Notes: a model not told the origin generated them from the sequence alone. A DNA stretch of 64,000 nucleotides from Proteobacteria bacterium UBA6156 (GCA_002422365.1 DIUO01000031.1:11263-75262), one strand, 5' to 3'; positions 24,398-34,343 are shown, numbered from the stretch's first letter. Made by a program: numbers and translations.

Positions 24398-26284
24398 TTA
24401 GATTTCGATGTGGTTGCCGATTTCTATGACCTGGTGGCGGGGGAGGTGGAAGTAGCTGACCGCCGATTGGGAGAGTTTGTCCATCAGGATGAAGATTTTC
24501 TCTTGCAGCGGGTTGAGTGCGGTATCTGGCGACGGGATGTAGGTGTGGGTGCTGAGGAAGTAGCTGAGGGACTCCGGGTGGCGCACGGTGAGGCCATGCT
24601 GGCTGAGGCTGTGGTTGAGCAGGTGAGGGACGTTGGGACGCTCGAGAAAGCCATAGGTGGCTTGCACGGTGGTGATGTTGTGGGGGTAGTGGCGCACGCT
24701 GAAACGCTCGGACGAGGGGTAGCGCGGGATGCGGGCGCGGGAGATTTTAAGAATGATGATTTGTGCGTGCAGCACCGCGTTGTGGTTGAGGTTGTAGATG
24801 AGGGCGGGGGGTGCGTGGTTGAGGTCGGACGTTAAAAACACCGCGGTGCGCCGCACGTGCGGCAGGGTGGGGTTGATGTTGGCGATGAAGTCCTCTAGCG
24901 GCGGGGTGTGGCTGGAGACGATGGTTTGGCTGGCTTCTCGGCCCTTTACCCACACATACATGACAAAAAAGATGGCGCTGCCCAAAGCCAGGGGGAACCA
25001 GCCGCCGGAGGGGATTTTGTGGAGATTGGCGGTGAAAAAAAGTGTATCTATAGTAAGAAACGTGCCCAAAAACAGCGCCACCAGCAGCGGGTGCCAGCGG
25101 TTGCGGTTGAGCAGGACGGTGGTGGCGAGGAGGGTGGTCATCAGCATAGTGCCCGTGACCGCGATGCCGTAGGCGCCGGCGAGGTTGGTGGACGACTGAA
25201 AACTAATGACCAGCAACAGCACCGCCACCAGCATGAGGTAGTTAAGGAACGGCAGGTAGATTTGCCCGGCGTTGTGGATGTTGGTGTGAACCACCTGCAT
25301 GCGCGGCAAGTAGCCCAATTGGATGGCCTGATGCGTGACGCTGTAGGCGCCGCTGATGACCGCCTGCGAGGCGATGACGGTGGCGACGGTGGTGAGGGCG
25401 ACCATGGGGTAGAGGAGGGCTTCTGGCACCATGAGGAAGAAGGGGTTGAGGAGGTTGCTTTCGTTTTGCAGCAGCAGGGCGCCCTGGCCGAAGTAGTTGA
25501 GCATGAGGGCGGGCCCGACGAGGAGGATCCAGGCCTTTTGGATAGGCTTGCGGCCGAGGTGGCCCATGTCGGCGTAGAGGGCTTCTCCGCCCGTGACGGC
25601 CAGCACCACCGCGCCCATGGTGAGGAATGCCATAAACGGTTGAGCGGCGGCAAAGTGAAGGGCGTGCACCGGATTGAGCGCCGCAAGCACCTGCGGCGCC
25701 TGGATGAGCTGGTTGAGACCCAGCATGGCGATAACCGAAAACCACACCAGCATGATGGGGCCAAACAGCGCGCCGACCTTGTGCGTGCCGAAGCGTTGCA
25801 AGCTGAACAGCAGGCTGAGGATAAGCACCGACAAAGGCACCACGTAGCCATTGAAGGCGGGGACGGCGAGCTGCAGGCCTTCCATGGCGCTGATGACGGA
25901 GATGCTGGGGGTGATGAGGGCATCGCCATAAAACAAAGCCCCGCCGACCAGCCCCAGCATGAGCACGCGCATGCGCTGGCGGGGGGTGGCGAATTGGTCG
26001 ATTGCCAGGGCGGTGAGGGCGAGGATGCCGCCTTCGCCGCGGTTGTCGGCCCGCATGACAATACTGACGTATTTGATGGTGACGACCAAGATGAGTGACC
26101 AGGCGATGGCGGAAAGGATGCCGTAGACGTTGAGGGGGTTTACATCTAACCCTGCGGCGTGGAAGGCTTCTCTCATTGTATAGAGGGGGCTGGTGCCGAT
26201 GTCTCCGAACACCACACCCAGTGCGGCGACAAAGAGGGCGGTGCGGGTTTGGTGCGGGGTTTCGGCGGTGGGGTGGGTTGTCAT
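24398..26284 (-). CDS. kup: potassium uptake protein Kup (KUP/HAK/KT family)
   Basis: 628 aa. ALGVVFGDIGTSPLYTMRE N-terminal signature, ~12 TM helices, cytoplasmic C-terminal domain. Confidence 0.95.
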   Translation of the reverse strand: MTTHPTAETPHQTRTALFVAALGVVFGDIGTSPLYTMREAFHAAGLDVNPLNVYGILSAIAWSLILVVTIKYVSIVMRADNRGEGGILALTALAIDQFATPRQRMRVLMLGLVGGALFYGDALITPSISVISAMEGLQLAVPAFNGYVVPLSVLILSLLFSLQRFGTHKVGALFGPIMLVWFSVIAMLGLNQLIQAPQVLAALNPVHALHFAAAQPFMAFLTMGAVVLAVTGGEALYADMGHLGRKPIQKAWILLVGPALMLNYFGQGALLLQNESNLLNPFFLMVPEALLYPMVALTTVATVIASQAVISGAYSVTHQAIQLGYLPRMQVVHTNIHNAGQIYLPFLNYLMLVAVLLLVISFQSSTNLAGAYGIAVTGTMLMTTLLATTVLLNRNRWHPLLVALFLGTFLTIDTLFFTANLHKIPSGGWFPLALGSAIFFVMYVWVKGREASQTIVSSHTPPLEDFIANINPTLPHVRRTAVFLTSDLNHAPPALIYNLNHNAVLHAQIIILKISRARIPRYPSSERFSVRHYPHNITTVQATYGFLERPNVPHLLNHSLSQHGLTVRHPESLSYFLSTHTYIPSPDTALNPLQEKIFILMDKLSQSAVSYFHLPRHQVIEIGNHIEI

Positions 26285-26522
26285 TCCCCCAGACTAGCGG
26301 CTGCCTTGGGCATGGCCAAGCCGCATGTGGCCGCCAAGCGCCAGTTGGTGGCCAAAGTGTGCCCATGTTGCCACGCCTGCGCGTTGTGTGCTTGGAAATG
26401 ATGCAAAAGGTGTTTGGTAAGGGGCAGGAATTGCATTAGCATAGGCGTTAACAAAACAGTACCGACCCCAAATGGGCGGAACGCACATAAAAAGAATAAT
26501 AAAAAAGCGGGAGACCCCCACC

Positions 26523-26765
26523 ATGGCTGCTAAAGGTGTGAAGAATTTGCAGGAGGCCTTTTTGGCGCACCTGGCCAAAGGCCATGCGCCTGTGACGGTG
26601 TTTTTAACCAATGGGGTTAAACTTTCCGGGAATATCACCTACGTGGACGCCGATGCTCTGACGCTGGCCCGCGATGGGGTGACGCAATTGATATTCAAGC
26701 ACGCCATTGCGACTGTGATGCCGCAGGATGCGTTTAGCATTTATGATTTGATGGGCGGCGAATAG
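26523..26765 (+). CDS. hfq: RNA chaperone Hfq
   Basis: ATG 26523 within ORF 26472..26765. NLQEAFLAHLAKGHAPVTVFLTNGVKLSGNITYVD...LARDGVTQLIFKHAIATVMP is an Sm1/Sm2 core of alphaproteobacterial type. Confidence 0.95.
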   Translation: MAAKGVKNLQEAFLAHLAKGHAPVTVFLTNGVKLSGNITYVDADALTLARDGVTQLIFKHAIATVMPQDAFSIYDLMGGE

Positions 26766-26806
26766 TGCTTGGTGTTTAGTGTTTCGTATTTAGTGTTTCG
26801 TGTTTG
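26765..26806 (+). repeat. heptamer tandem array GTGCTTG-GTGTTTA-GTGTTTC-GTATTTA-GTGTTTC-GTGTTTG
   Basis: Six units. The first G is the last base of the hfq stop (TAG 26763-26765). Confidence 0.9.
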
Positions 26807-26915
26807 GCGGTGAGATTGAAGTGCCAGGCATTTTGAATTCTGATATTGTGCCGTGGGTGGTTTGCCCACGGATTTTTTTTAGTGAGTAATTGAATTAGTA
26901 AGGGGAGTTTTGCGG

Positions 26916-28205
26916 ATGCCTGCAACGATTGAACGGATTGCTGCTGCGCCGAAGGGGGCTGTGGTTGGGGTGGATTTTCCGCGTGGGTATGCCCGCGACG
27001 ACCATGCCCTGCCGTTACAGCCCCGGGGCGTGCGCACCCAGGACGAGCGGTTGGCGGAAGCCATAAACCTGGCGCAGGCGCTGGATATTGATGTGGTTTA
27101 TAGCGAGAGTGTGACGCTTTCGAAAATTAACCCCGCCACCCTGCTGGGGGGTGGCGTGGTGGAGCGCTTGGCTGCCGTGGTGGCAGAGCAGAAGTTGGAG
27201 GTGGTGTTTGTGGATGCAAGCCTGAGCCCCCGCCAACAGCGCGAGCTGGAAGTGCAGCTGGCATGCAAAGTGGTGGACCGCACAGGCGTGATTTTGGATA
27301 TTTTTGCGGCGCGGGCGCGGACGCGCGCCGGGCAATTGCAGGTGGAAGTGGCGCAGTTGGTTTACCAACAAAGCCGGTTGGTGCGCCTGTGGAGCCACTT
27401 GGAGCGCCAGCGCGGCGGCATGGGCAAAACCGGGGGCCCTGGTGAGCGCCAGCTGGAGCTGGACAAGCGCATGCTGAAAACCCGTTTGGCTAAAGTGCGT
27501 GGGGAATTACGCGATGTGGAGCAAACGCGCGGGCTGCAACGGATGGCGCGGCAGAAGGCGGATGTGCCCACCGTGGCGCTGGTGGGATATACGAACGCGG
27601 GGAAAAGCACGCTGTTTAATAAAATGGTGGATGCGGGCACCCTGATGGCGGATGCGCTGTTTGCGACCCTTGACCCGCTGATGCGCAGGCTGGAGCTGCC
27701 CGGCGGGCTGGATGTGGTGCTGGTGGATACGGTGGGGTTTATTGCCGACCTGCCGCATGAGCTGGTGGAAGCCTTTAAGGCGACCCTGGAAGAAGTGGTG
27801 ATGGCCGATGTGCTGCTGCATGTGCACGACCTGAGCAGCCCGGAAATGGACGCCCAAGCCGCCGACGTGCGCAACGTGCTGGCGCAGATAGGCGCCGCCG
27901 ACAAGCGCATGATTGAGGTTTATAACAAGCTGGATAAAGTGCCCGGCGCGCTGGTGCCCAAAGGTGGCGTGGCCGTGGCCGCCGCCAACGGGCAAGGTGT
28001 GGCCGAGCTGCTGGAAGTGCTGCGCCAGCGCCTGCAAGCCGATTGGGAAACCGCGACCGTGCAGGTGCACGCCAGCGACGGGCGCCGCCTGGCGTGGCTG
28101 CATGCGCATGGCGATGTTATGGAACAACACCTCGACAACGAAACATGGACACTGGTGGTTAAGTTGCGGGCCGCCGACCTAGCGGCTTGGCGCCAGATGG
28201 CATAG
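26916..28205 (+). CDS. hflX: GTPase HflX
   Basis: ATG 26916 lies 8 nt after AAGGGGAG. ILDIFAARARTRAGQLQVEVAQL, GGPGERQLELDKR, G1 motif GYTNAGKSTLFN, DTVGF. Confidence 0.95.
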   Translation: MPATIERIAAAPKGAVVGVDFPRGYARDDHALPLQPRGVRTQDERLAEAINLAQALDIDVVYSESVTLSKINPATLLGGGVVERLAAVVAEQKLEVVFVDASLSPRQQRELEVQLACKVVDRTGVILDIFAARARTRAGQLQVEVAQLVYQQSRLVRLWSHLERQRGGMGKTGGPGERQLELDKRMLKTRLAKVRGELRDVEQTRGLQRMARQKADVPTVALVGYTNAGKSTLFNKMVDAGTLMADALFATLDPLMRRLELPGGLDVVLVDTVGFIADLPHELVEAFKATLEEVVMADVLLHVHDLSSPEMDAQAADVRNVLAQIGAADKRMIEVYNKLDKVPGALVPKGGVAVAAANGQGVAELLEVLRQRLQADWETATVQVHASDGRRLAWLHAHGDVMEQHLDNETWTLVVKLRAADLAAWRQMA

Positions 28206-28209
28206 TTTA

Positions 28210-28223
28210 GTGAGCAGTGAACA
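28210..28223 (+). repeat. heptamer pair GTGAGCA-GTGAACA
   Basis: Starts 4 nt after the hflX stop (TAG 28203-28205). Confidence 0.5.
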
Positions 28224-28290
28224 GCTTCCGCTGATCGGTGACGCAGAGAATAATTATTGGGAAAAGAACAGCGTGCTGCCCTTGAAGAGC

Positions 28291-28527
28291 CTAAGCCAGA
28301 ATGTTGATGATGCTGCCGCGCACGCTGTCGGTATAGCCGCCGCCGTTGGCCACCTGGCTGCTTGGGGTGGTGCGGGCTGCGCTGATGCTTTCTACCGCCG
28401 TGACCGGGCCGCTTTGGGCGGCGTTCTGCACATAAGCGGTGGCCATGGGGCTGCCAGCCTTGCTGAACGTGGAGACGTTGACGGGGCGGGCGGTGCCGGC
28501 GTTGTACGATGCGATGCGGATATCCAT
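28291..28527 (-). CDS. small hypothetical protein (78 aa), S/T/A/G-rich
   Basis: ATG start. C-ending codon style like the other - strand genes. Product MDIRIASYNAGTARPVNVSTFSKAGSPMATAYVQNAAQSG.... Divergent from the GGDEF-EAL gene (47-nt spacer). No family recognised. Confidence 0.4.
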   Translation of the reverse strand: MDIRIASYNAGTARPVNVSTFSKAGSPMATAYVQNAAQSGPVTAVESISAARTTPSSQVANGGGYTDSVRGSIINILA

Positions 28528-28574
28528 GCACGAACCTTAGACCCCCTGTGGCGCATGTGCAAGAGGGTTGCTTA

Positions 28575-31064
28575 ATGCGTGAGCTGCTGCACCAATTTTG
28601 GGCAACCCTGATGGGGATATGGTGGCTGCCGATGGCCGCCATGGCCGTGGGTGCAAGCCTGCTGGCGCTGGTGGTGGGCTGGTGGTGGGCCGGGCGCGAG
28701 CTGCGGCGCAAGCTGAACCTGGCCGTAGAGCACCGCACGCGGAGGCTGGAAGATGTGAGCCGCCGCTTTAGGGTGATGGCCGACAATGCCTATGATCTGA
28801 TTTGCATTTGCAACGCCGACGGGCGCATGGATTATTTGAACGCGGCGTTTACCCGAGTGCTTGGCTTTGGCAAAGAAGAATTGCGCGACGTGCGCCTGCC
28901 CGAATGGGTGCACCCCCGCAACCGCGAAGAGCTGGCGGATATTTTGCGCCGCGTGGTGGCGCAGGGGGGGACTGTGGAGGCGAATATGAAATTCCCCCAC
29001 GTGGGGGGCGGTTGGGTGGATGTGGAGCTGGTGGCCAAAGGGCTGCCGGACAGCGACTGGGTGGTGCGCAGCGTGGTGCTGCACGCGCGTGACATTAGCC
29101 AGCGCCGCAAGATGCTGGATGAGCTGGCGCGCAACGAACAGCGGTTTAAGGATTTTGCAGGCAGCAGTGCCGACTGGCTGTGGGAAACGGATGTGGCAGG
29201 GGTGTTTAGGTATGTGAGCCCCGGCGTGACCAACGTGCTGGGGTATGAGCCCGAAGAGCTGATTGGCCAAAACCAGATGAACGTGCTGTATGCCAGCGAC
29301 GACGACAGCGGCCGCGAGCTGGTGCAAAACCGTGTGGAGCGCCACCAGCCCTACCGCGAGCTGGAGCTGTGGACGAAGAGCAAGAATGGCGACCGGGTGT
29401 GTTTGCGGCTTTCTGGCATGCCGGTGTTTGATGTGATGCAGGAATTTGTGGGGTACCGGGGGGCGGCGAGCAATGTGACATCGAGCAAAGTGGAACGCGA
29501 GCATGTGTTTAGGCTGGCGACCACCGACCACCTGACCGGGTTGCTGAACGGTGCGCGTTTTAAAGAAGAGCTGGAGCGGGCGGTGGTGCTGGCGCGGCGC
29601 CATGGCACCAGCGGGGCGGTGCTGTTTATTGACCTTGACCGCTTTAAGGAAGTGAACGACACCCACGGCCACGAGGCTGGTGACCGGATTTTGCTGGGAG
29701 TGGCGGATATTTTGCGCGACAGCGTGCGCAGCACCGATATTGTGGCGCGGCGGGGCGGGGATGAATTTTCGATAATTATGCACAACATTGATGTGGACAG
29801 TGCGGCGGCCAAAGTGCAGCGCATGATTGAACGCATTAAGGCCTTTGGCGTGGATTACAACGGCACCCGCCTGACCGTGACGATGAGCGTGGGGATGGTG
29901 CAGTACCCGCAGGATGACCGTGGCGCCGACCACTTGATTATGAGTGCCGACCTTGCGATGTATCGGGCCAAAGACATGGGCCGTAACCGCCTGTTTGTGG
30001 ATGCCACCGACGCCACCAGTGAGACCGTGGGCAGTGTGCGCGCCCAGCTGAAATGGGTGGATAGGCTGCGGTATTGCCTGGAGAATGATGAGTTCCAGAT
30101 GTATTACCAGGCGATTTTGCCCGCGCACAAAACCGAGCGCCCGTTGTTTGAAGCGTTGCTGCGTATTTTTGATGAAGATGGCAAAGTGGCCAGCCCGGCG
30201 CTGTATATTGATGCGGCGGAGCACTTTGGGTTGATTCAGCAGCTTGACCTGGCGGTGGTGAAGCGCGTGTTTATTACGCAGCGCGCGCTGATGGATGAGG
30301 GCGTGAATGTGGATGTGAGTATTAATCTTTCTAGCCGCACTTTAGGCGACCCGGCAGTGGTGCCCAAGCTGCGGCAGCTGATGGAGGATTATCGGATTGA
30401 CCCCGCGCGGATTATTTTTGAAGTGACGGAGACGATGGCGATCCATGACCCCGCCCAGATGCGCGATATTGAAGAGATTCGGGCGTTTATTGATAGTTTG
30501 CGGGCGATGGGGTTCCGGTTTGCGCTGGATGATTTTGGGACCGGGTTTACGAGCTTTAGGTACCTGAAAGTGCTGAACGTGGACATAGTGAAAATTGACG
30601 GTGAGTACGTAAAAGACCTGGTGCGCGACCCGGATGACCGCCTGTTTGTGCAAAGCATGGTGCAGCTGTGTGACGGCCTGGGCATTGGCACTATTGCCGA
30701 ATTTGTGGAAGACACCGCGACACTGGCAGTGCTGAAAGAGCTGGGCGTGGGCGCGGGGCAGGGGTGGTTGTTTGCGAAGCCTCAGCCGGATTTGAGGGCG
30801 TTGGCGGCGGCGTATTCGGGCAAAACCATGGATGATTTTGATGATGCTTTGCCGTTGCTGGAAGTGGCGAAACATGCGGCGGCTGCGCTTGAGGTTGTTG
30901 CGGCTGAGGTGCCGGTGGCTGCGGGTGAGGTGGTGACGGCGGTGCGGAGCTCGGTAAAAGCGGCCAAGCTGAAAAAGGCGGGGAAAGCCACCCGCGCGGG
31001 CGAACGTGCGGCAGGCAAGAGCAAAGCCGGGGCGCAGGCTAAAGCCAAAGCGGCTGTGCAGTAG
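28575..31064 (+). CDS. membrane PAS-PAS-GGDEF-EAL c-di-GMP protein
   Basis: ATG 28575 within ORF 28509..31064. N-terminal TM, two PAS-like blocks, RRGGDEFSIIM, EAL domain (FEALLRIF, DDFGTG, KIDG). K/A-rich C-terminal tail. Confidence 0.9.
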   Translation: MRELLHQFWATLMGIWWLPMAAMAVGASLLALVVGWWWAGRELRRKLNLAVEHRTRRLEDVSRRFRVMADNAYDLICICNADGRMDYLNAAFTRVLGFGKEELRDVRLPEWVHPRNREELADILRRVVAQGGTVEANMKFPHVGGGWVDVELVAKGLPDSDWVVRSVVLHARDISQRRKMLDELARNEQRFKDFAGSSADWLWETDVAGVFRYVSPGVTNVLGYEPEELIGQNQMNVLYASDDDSGRELVQNRVERHQPYRELELWTKSKNGDRVCLRLSGMPVFDVMQEFVGYRGAASNVTSSKVEREHVFRLATTDHLTGLLNGARFKEELERAVVLARRHGTSGAVLFIDLDRFKEVNDTHGHEAGDRILLGVADILRDSVRSTDIVARRGGDEFSIIMHNIDVDSAAAKVQRMIERIKAFGVDYNGTRLTVTMSVGMVQYPQDDRGADHLIMSADLAMYRAKDMGRNRLFVDATDATSETVGSVRAQLKWVDRLRYCLENDEFQMYYQAILPAHKTERPLFEALLRIFDEDGKVASPALYIDAAEHFGLIQQLDLAVVKRVFITQRALMDEGVNVDVSINLSSRTLGDPAVVPKLRQLMEDYRIDPARIIFEVTETMAIHDPAQMRDIEEIRAFIDSLRAMGFRFALDDFGTGFTSFRYLKVLNVDIVKIDGEYVKDLVRDPDDRLFVQSMVQLCDGLGIGTIAEFVEDTATLAVLKELGVGAGQGWLFAKPQPDLRALAAAYSGKTMDDFDDALPLLEVAKHAAAALEVVAAEVPVAAGEVVTAVRSSVKAAKLKKAGKATRAGERAAGKSKAGAQAKAKAAVQ

Positions 31065-31271
31065 TTATTTGATGTAGGCGATGTAGATGAGGATTTCTAT
31101 CAACAGCAGAATGCAGAGGCCGACACGGAGGGCCATGAGAAACGTGCCTTTGCCGTTGGCAGGGGCGCCGGTAGTGCCGGGATTGGACATGCCCGCCACG
31201 CCCATGAGCATGGTGGCGACCGCCGCCACGAAGGTGGCGACCATGATGTATGCGAAGGGATGTGTGAACAT
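31065..31271 (-). CDS. twin transmembrane helix small protein (HIG1-like)
   Basis: Two TM helices (FAYIMVATFVAAVATMLMGVAG and LMALRVGLCILLLIEILIYIAYI) joined by a short loop. Start ATG 31271 chosen. Its stop abuts the stop of the convergent GGDEF-EAL gene. Confidence 0.55.
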   Translation of the reverse strand: MFTHPFAYIMVATFVAAVATMLMGVAGMSNPGTTGAPANGKGTFLMALRVGLCILLLIEILIYIAYIK

Positions 31272-31330
31272 GGTGGCCAGAGTAGGCGGGTTTAAGGCGG
31301 CTGGCAAGAACATGGGGCGAGGGGGATAAG

Positions 31331-31630
31331 GTGCCGCGTGTGATGATACGATATAAGCAGGAAACCCATGAGGTGCAGGTTAGTGCGGGCCTGAGCGTGC
31401 TGATTGCGGCAAGCCTGGCCGGTTTGGAAGAGATGGGATTTGGTGATTGTGGTGGCAATTTAGTGTGCGCCACCTGCCACGTGCGCGTAAACAGTGGTAC
31501 ATTTGCGCCGATGAAACCCGATGAACAGTTAATGCTGGATACCCTGCCACGCACCCACCCCAACAGCCGCCTGGGCTGCCAGCTGCGCGTGAGCGACGAC
31601 TGCGACGTGGAATGGATGGGAGCCCGCTAA
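31331..31630 (+). CDS. 2Fe-2S ferredoxin (adrenodoxin-type)
   Basis: 99 aa. GDCGGNLVCATCHV plus RLGCQ give the 4-Cys pattern of vertebrate-type [2Fe-2S] ferredoxins. GTG start 5 nt after GAGGGGG. Confidence 0.8.
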   Translation: MPRVMIRYKQETHEVQVSAGLSVLIAASLAGLEEMGFGDCGGNLVCATCHVRVNSGTFAPMKPDEQLMLDTLPRTHPNSRLGCQLRVSDDCDVEWMGAR

Positions 31631-31634
31631 CCCC

Positions 31635-33188
31635 ATGAGCCTGCCGCCGACCCTTGCCCACCAACAAGCTGCCCTGCGCGGCCTGCTGAAGGCAGGTGTG
31701 GGGTGCAGCTTGTTTAACCAACTGGGGTTGGGGCGGCTGGGGAGCTTTAAGGACTTTGATATATTGTACCAGAGCTATTGCCGCGCGGTGCCGGTGCAGG
31801 GGCCGCGTGTGTTTATGGACAGCCTGGCCAAAATGCTGCCGCAGCAGGGGCTGGCGCCTTTGCAGGTGTTGCAGAGCTCGAACTTAGTAAGCAAAGGTAA
31901 GCCGCCCGCCGCCAGCCTGTGGCGCGGCACGCCGCTGCCGGTGGCGCATGCGGCGCTGCGTGACCACCTGGCGGTGGAGGAGATACAACGCAAGCGGCTG
32001 TTGCAGCAGGGCGTGCAGGCGCGGGGGAATTTTTTCTATCTGTTTGAGCAGGAAGCGAACAAGCTGGAAGCCGCGGTAGGCCAGCCGTTGCCGGTGCCGC
32101 TGCGCGGATGGCACGACCTGGTGGAAATGGAAAGTGGGCGCGGGTTTAAGCTGCCCTGGGACAAGCGCCTGGCGCTGCCGCACTATGCCAGCTTGCCGCG
32201 TGGCGGCAGCCGCTGGCAGTGGTTTAATGCCATGCAAGACGTGCTGAAGGCCGAAGGCAAAAACGTGGATGTGCTGGTGAGCAACCCGCGCACGTTGATT
32301 GATTTTTGTTTGTATGTAAGCCAGCAGGCAGGCCGCTTTGTGGCGCTGCGCGAAATGCTGCCCAACCTGAAAGTGTTGGCGATGAACCATTATGATATTG
32401 GGTTGCAGCGCACCGAGCTTGGGTATTTGCTGCACGGCTTGCCCAATGTGCGCTGGATGCAATGGCTGTACCAGCCCAATGGCATGCAGGCGTGGCAGGA
32501 TGATGTGAATATTCGGCAACGGTTGACGCTGCACACCGCCGGACAGATGTTTTATGAGTTTGTGCCCGTGGAGGATATTGATGCCGAGGGGCGGTTTGCG
32601 CGGAGTTATCGGCGCTTTTATGCGGGACAAATAGAAGCGGGCCATGAGTATTGCGTGGTGGTGAGCAGCAGCGCGGGGTTGCTGGGAGTTTCGACCGGCA
32701 TGGTGGTGCGCGTGATGAACACCGAGCCGTTGCAAGTGGTGGCCAAAGGCCCGGTAGTGAAGCTGAACGGCCTGGGTGAAGCGGTGCGCGAAGAGGCGCT
32801 GCTGGAAGCATTGGCGAACATTAACAGTGCGTTGAACGGGCAGGGGGTGTTTATTCGGGAAGCCTTGCTGGGGCACGTGCTGAGCGAACGCCAACCCCTG
32901 TGGGTGCTGGAACTGAGCCGCCCGCTGGCCGAGCTGCCCGGCGCGGTGATGGAAAGTGTGGCCAAGCGGTTGCATGCGGAGTTGGATTTGCGCTCGGCGG
33001 GGTATCGGAGTTCGTTCCGGAGTGCAGCGTTTAGGCCGCCGCAGGTGCATTTTGTGCCGATGGGCACCTTTGCGGCGGCGTTTGCCACCAGCCCGGATTT
33101 TAGCCAGTTTGACCACTCGGTGGATGCCAGCTTGTGCCGGAAAGTGTTGGCAGCGGCTTGGGAGACGCAGGTTTTTGAGGCTGTTTGA
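31635..33188 (+). CDS. GH3-family-like protein (divergent)
   Basis: 517 aa. FYEFVPVEDID...IEAGHEYCVVVSSSAGLLGV, LNGLGEAVREEALLEAL and LDLRSAGYRSSFRS...PQVHFVPMGTF parallel GH3 acyl-adenylate-forming proteins. The usual SSGTT motif position reads QSSNLVSKGKP. Confidence 0.5.
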   Translation: MSLPPTLAHQQAALRGLLKAGVGCSLFNQLGLGRLGSFKDFDILYQSYCRAVPVQGPRVFMDSLAKMLPQQGLAPLQVLQSSNLVSKGKPPAASLWRGTPLPVAHAALRDHLAVEEIQRKRLLQQGVQARGNFFYLFEQEANKLEAAVGQPLPVPLRGWHDLVEMESGRGFKLPWDKRLALPHYASLPRGGSRWQWFNAMQDVLKAEGKNVDVLVSNPRTLIDFCLYVSQQAGRFVALREMLPNLKVLAMNHYDIGLQRTELGYLLHGLPNVRWMQWLYQPNGMQAWQDDVNIRQRLTLHTAGQMFYEFVPVEDIDAEGRFARSYRRFYAGQIEAGHEYCVVVSSSAGLLGVSTGMVVRVMNTEPLQVVAKGPVVKLNGLGEAVREEALLEALANINSALNGQGVFIREALLGHVLSERQPLWVLELSRPLAELPGAVMESVAKRLHAELDLRSAGYRSSFRSAAFRPPQVHFVPMGTFAAAFATSPDFSQFDHSVDASLCRKVLAAAWETQVFEAV

Positions 33189-33223
33189 TTTAGAAGTTAG
33201 AAGTTAGAGGTTAGAGGTTAGAC
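33189..33223 (+). repeat. heptamer tandem array TTTAGAA-GTTAGAA-GTTAGAG-GTTAGAG-GTTAGAC
   Basis: Five units. Begins immediately after the TGA 33186-33188 of the GH3-like gene. Confidence 0.95.
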
Positions 33224-33423
33224 ATTTGGGGTGGGGCCTGATTTTTTTTGAGTTGTGTTTGCGGAGTGGGAGGTTGCCTAAATAACTGGCAGCATGGAGT
33301 GTTAGGGGATTTTGTGGCGCAAATGCATAAGGTTGTTGTGAAGTTAACGCATGGACGGATGCGGAGAGGGGCGTAGACTGCCCTTACAGCATGCCGTGCT
33401 GACACCAACCAAGGAGGATGCCC

Positions 33424-33645
33424 ATGGCTCACGCAAGACAGAACCATAATAACCACCCGCTGCCCGCAGAAATGTTGGAGAAAACCGCTGTAACCCGGCT
33501 GCTGACCCGCCACGCCGCGCTGGAAGAGGAATTGGCGGCACACACGGCCCGCCCGATGGTGGACTGGGACGGCGTGAAGCTGATTAAACGCCAAAAACTG
33601 GAAATTGCCGAACAGATTGAAGCGCTGAAGCGGCGCATGCAGTAG
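33424..33645 (+). CDS. DUF465 (YdcH-like) small protein
   Basis: LLTRHAALEEELAAH...DWDGVKLIKRQKLEIAEQIEALK matches the DUF465 pattern. The second ATG was chosen (6 nt after AAGGAGG). Confidence 0.6.
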   Translation: MAHARQNHNNHPLPAEMLEKTAVTRLLTRHAALEEELAAHTARPMVDWDGVKLIKRQKLEIAEQIEALKRRMQ

Positions 33646-33711
33646 CTTTTGCTTTACTGAAACACCGAAGGCGGGGGTTGGGCCCCCGCCTTTGGTTTAT
33701 CGTGTGGCGCC

Positions 33712-34269
33712 TTAGCGGCCGGGCGGGCCGAAGGCCCAGGCGCGGAGGCGGTCGCGGGCTTCCGAAAGCTTCAGTCCCAAAAACAGTGCCAGGGCGATCT
33801 GGAAGGCATCGGCTGTGATGAGAGGGAAGAAGCCGAATTCGAGCAACTGGCTTGCCGGGACATGCCCCCAGAGCCAGATGAGGCCGATGAAGTACGTCAT
33901 GAACAGGATCACCAGCAGCTTGCCGGCGTCCGTCATCATCAGGATCGACGCGCATGCCGCGAACGTCATGCCGAGGACATAGCCGCCGGTGGGGCCACTG
34001 ATGACCTGCACGGTGGTGAGGCCGGGCATGGCGTGCACCGGAGCCACGAAGCCGACGGCGAGCCAGAGCACCAGCGAGGTGATGACCAGGCGGCCGGGGA
34101 GGAACGTGACGATGAGGCCCATGGCGAGCAGCTGCAACGTCATCGGCACCGGGTTGAACGGGAGGCTCAGCTTGCTGCCGAGGGTGAGGGCGAGCGCGCC
34201 GATGACGCTGAGCAGGACGACGCGCTTGTAGGTTTCGTTAGAAAACGCATTGGTGTCGGGCGTGGCCAT
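33712..34269 (-). CDS. bioY: biotin transporter BioY
   Basis: 185 aa. SLPFNPVPMTLQLLAMGL and ISGPTGGYVLGMTFAA match BioY signatures. About 6 TM helices. Confidence 0.8.
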   Translation of the reverse strand: MATPDTNAFSNETYKRVVLLSVIGALALTLGSKLSLPFNPVPMTLQLLAMGLIVTFLPGRLVITSLVLWLAVGFVAPVHAMPGLTTVQVISGPTGGYVLGMTFAACASILMMTDAGKLLVILFMTYFIGLIWLWGHVPASQLLEFGFFPLITADAFQIALALFLGLKLSEARDRLRAWAFGPPGR

Positions 34270-34343
34270 TGGAAACTCCTAAAATGGCGTTGCGGGTGCT
34301 GGAAATATGGCCTAGGCTCTGGAAATAGTCAAAGGGTAATTGT

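Noticed and set aside
28291-28527. Whether the 78-aa S/T/A-rich ORF is an FlgM-type anti-sigma factor or a RiPP precursor.
   Set aside because: The C-terminus (GYTDSVRGSIINILA) does not match the conserved FlgM C-terminal helix pattern I recall. No modification enzyme, transporter or flagellar genes are adjacent. Retained only as a hypothetical CDS.
34269-34343. Whether the three TGGAAA(T/C) repeats (34269-34277, 34299-34307, 34319-34327) in the bioY-murA divergent spacer form a BioR/BirA operator or a sigma54 promoter.
   Set aside because: They do not match the TTATMKATAA BioR box, the BirA operator or TGGCAC-N5-TTGCW as I know them. The spacing is irregular (30 and 20 nt), and there is too little evidence to call a site.
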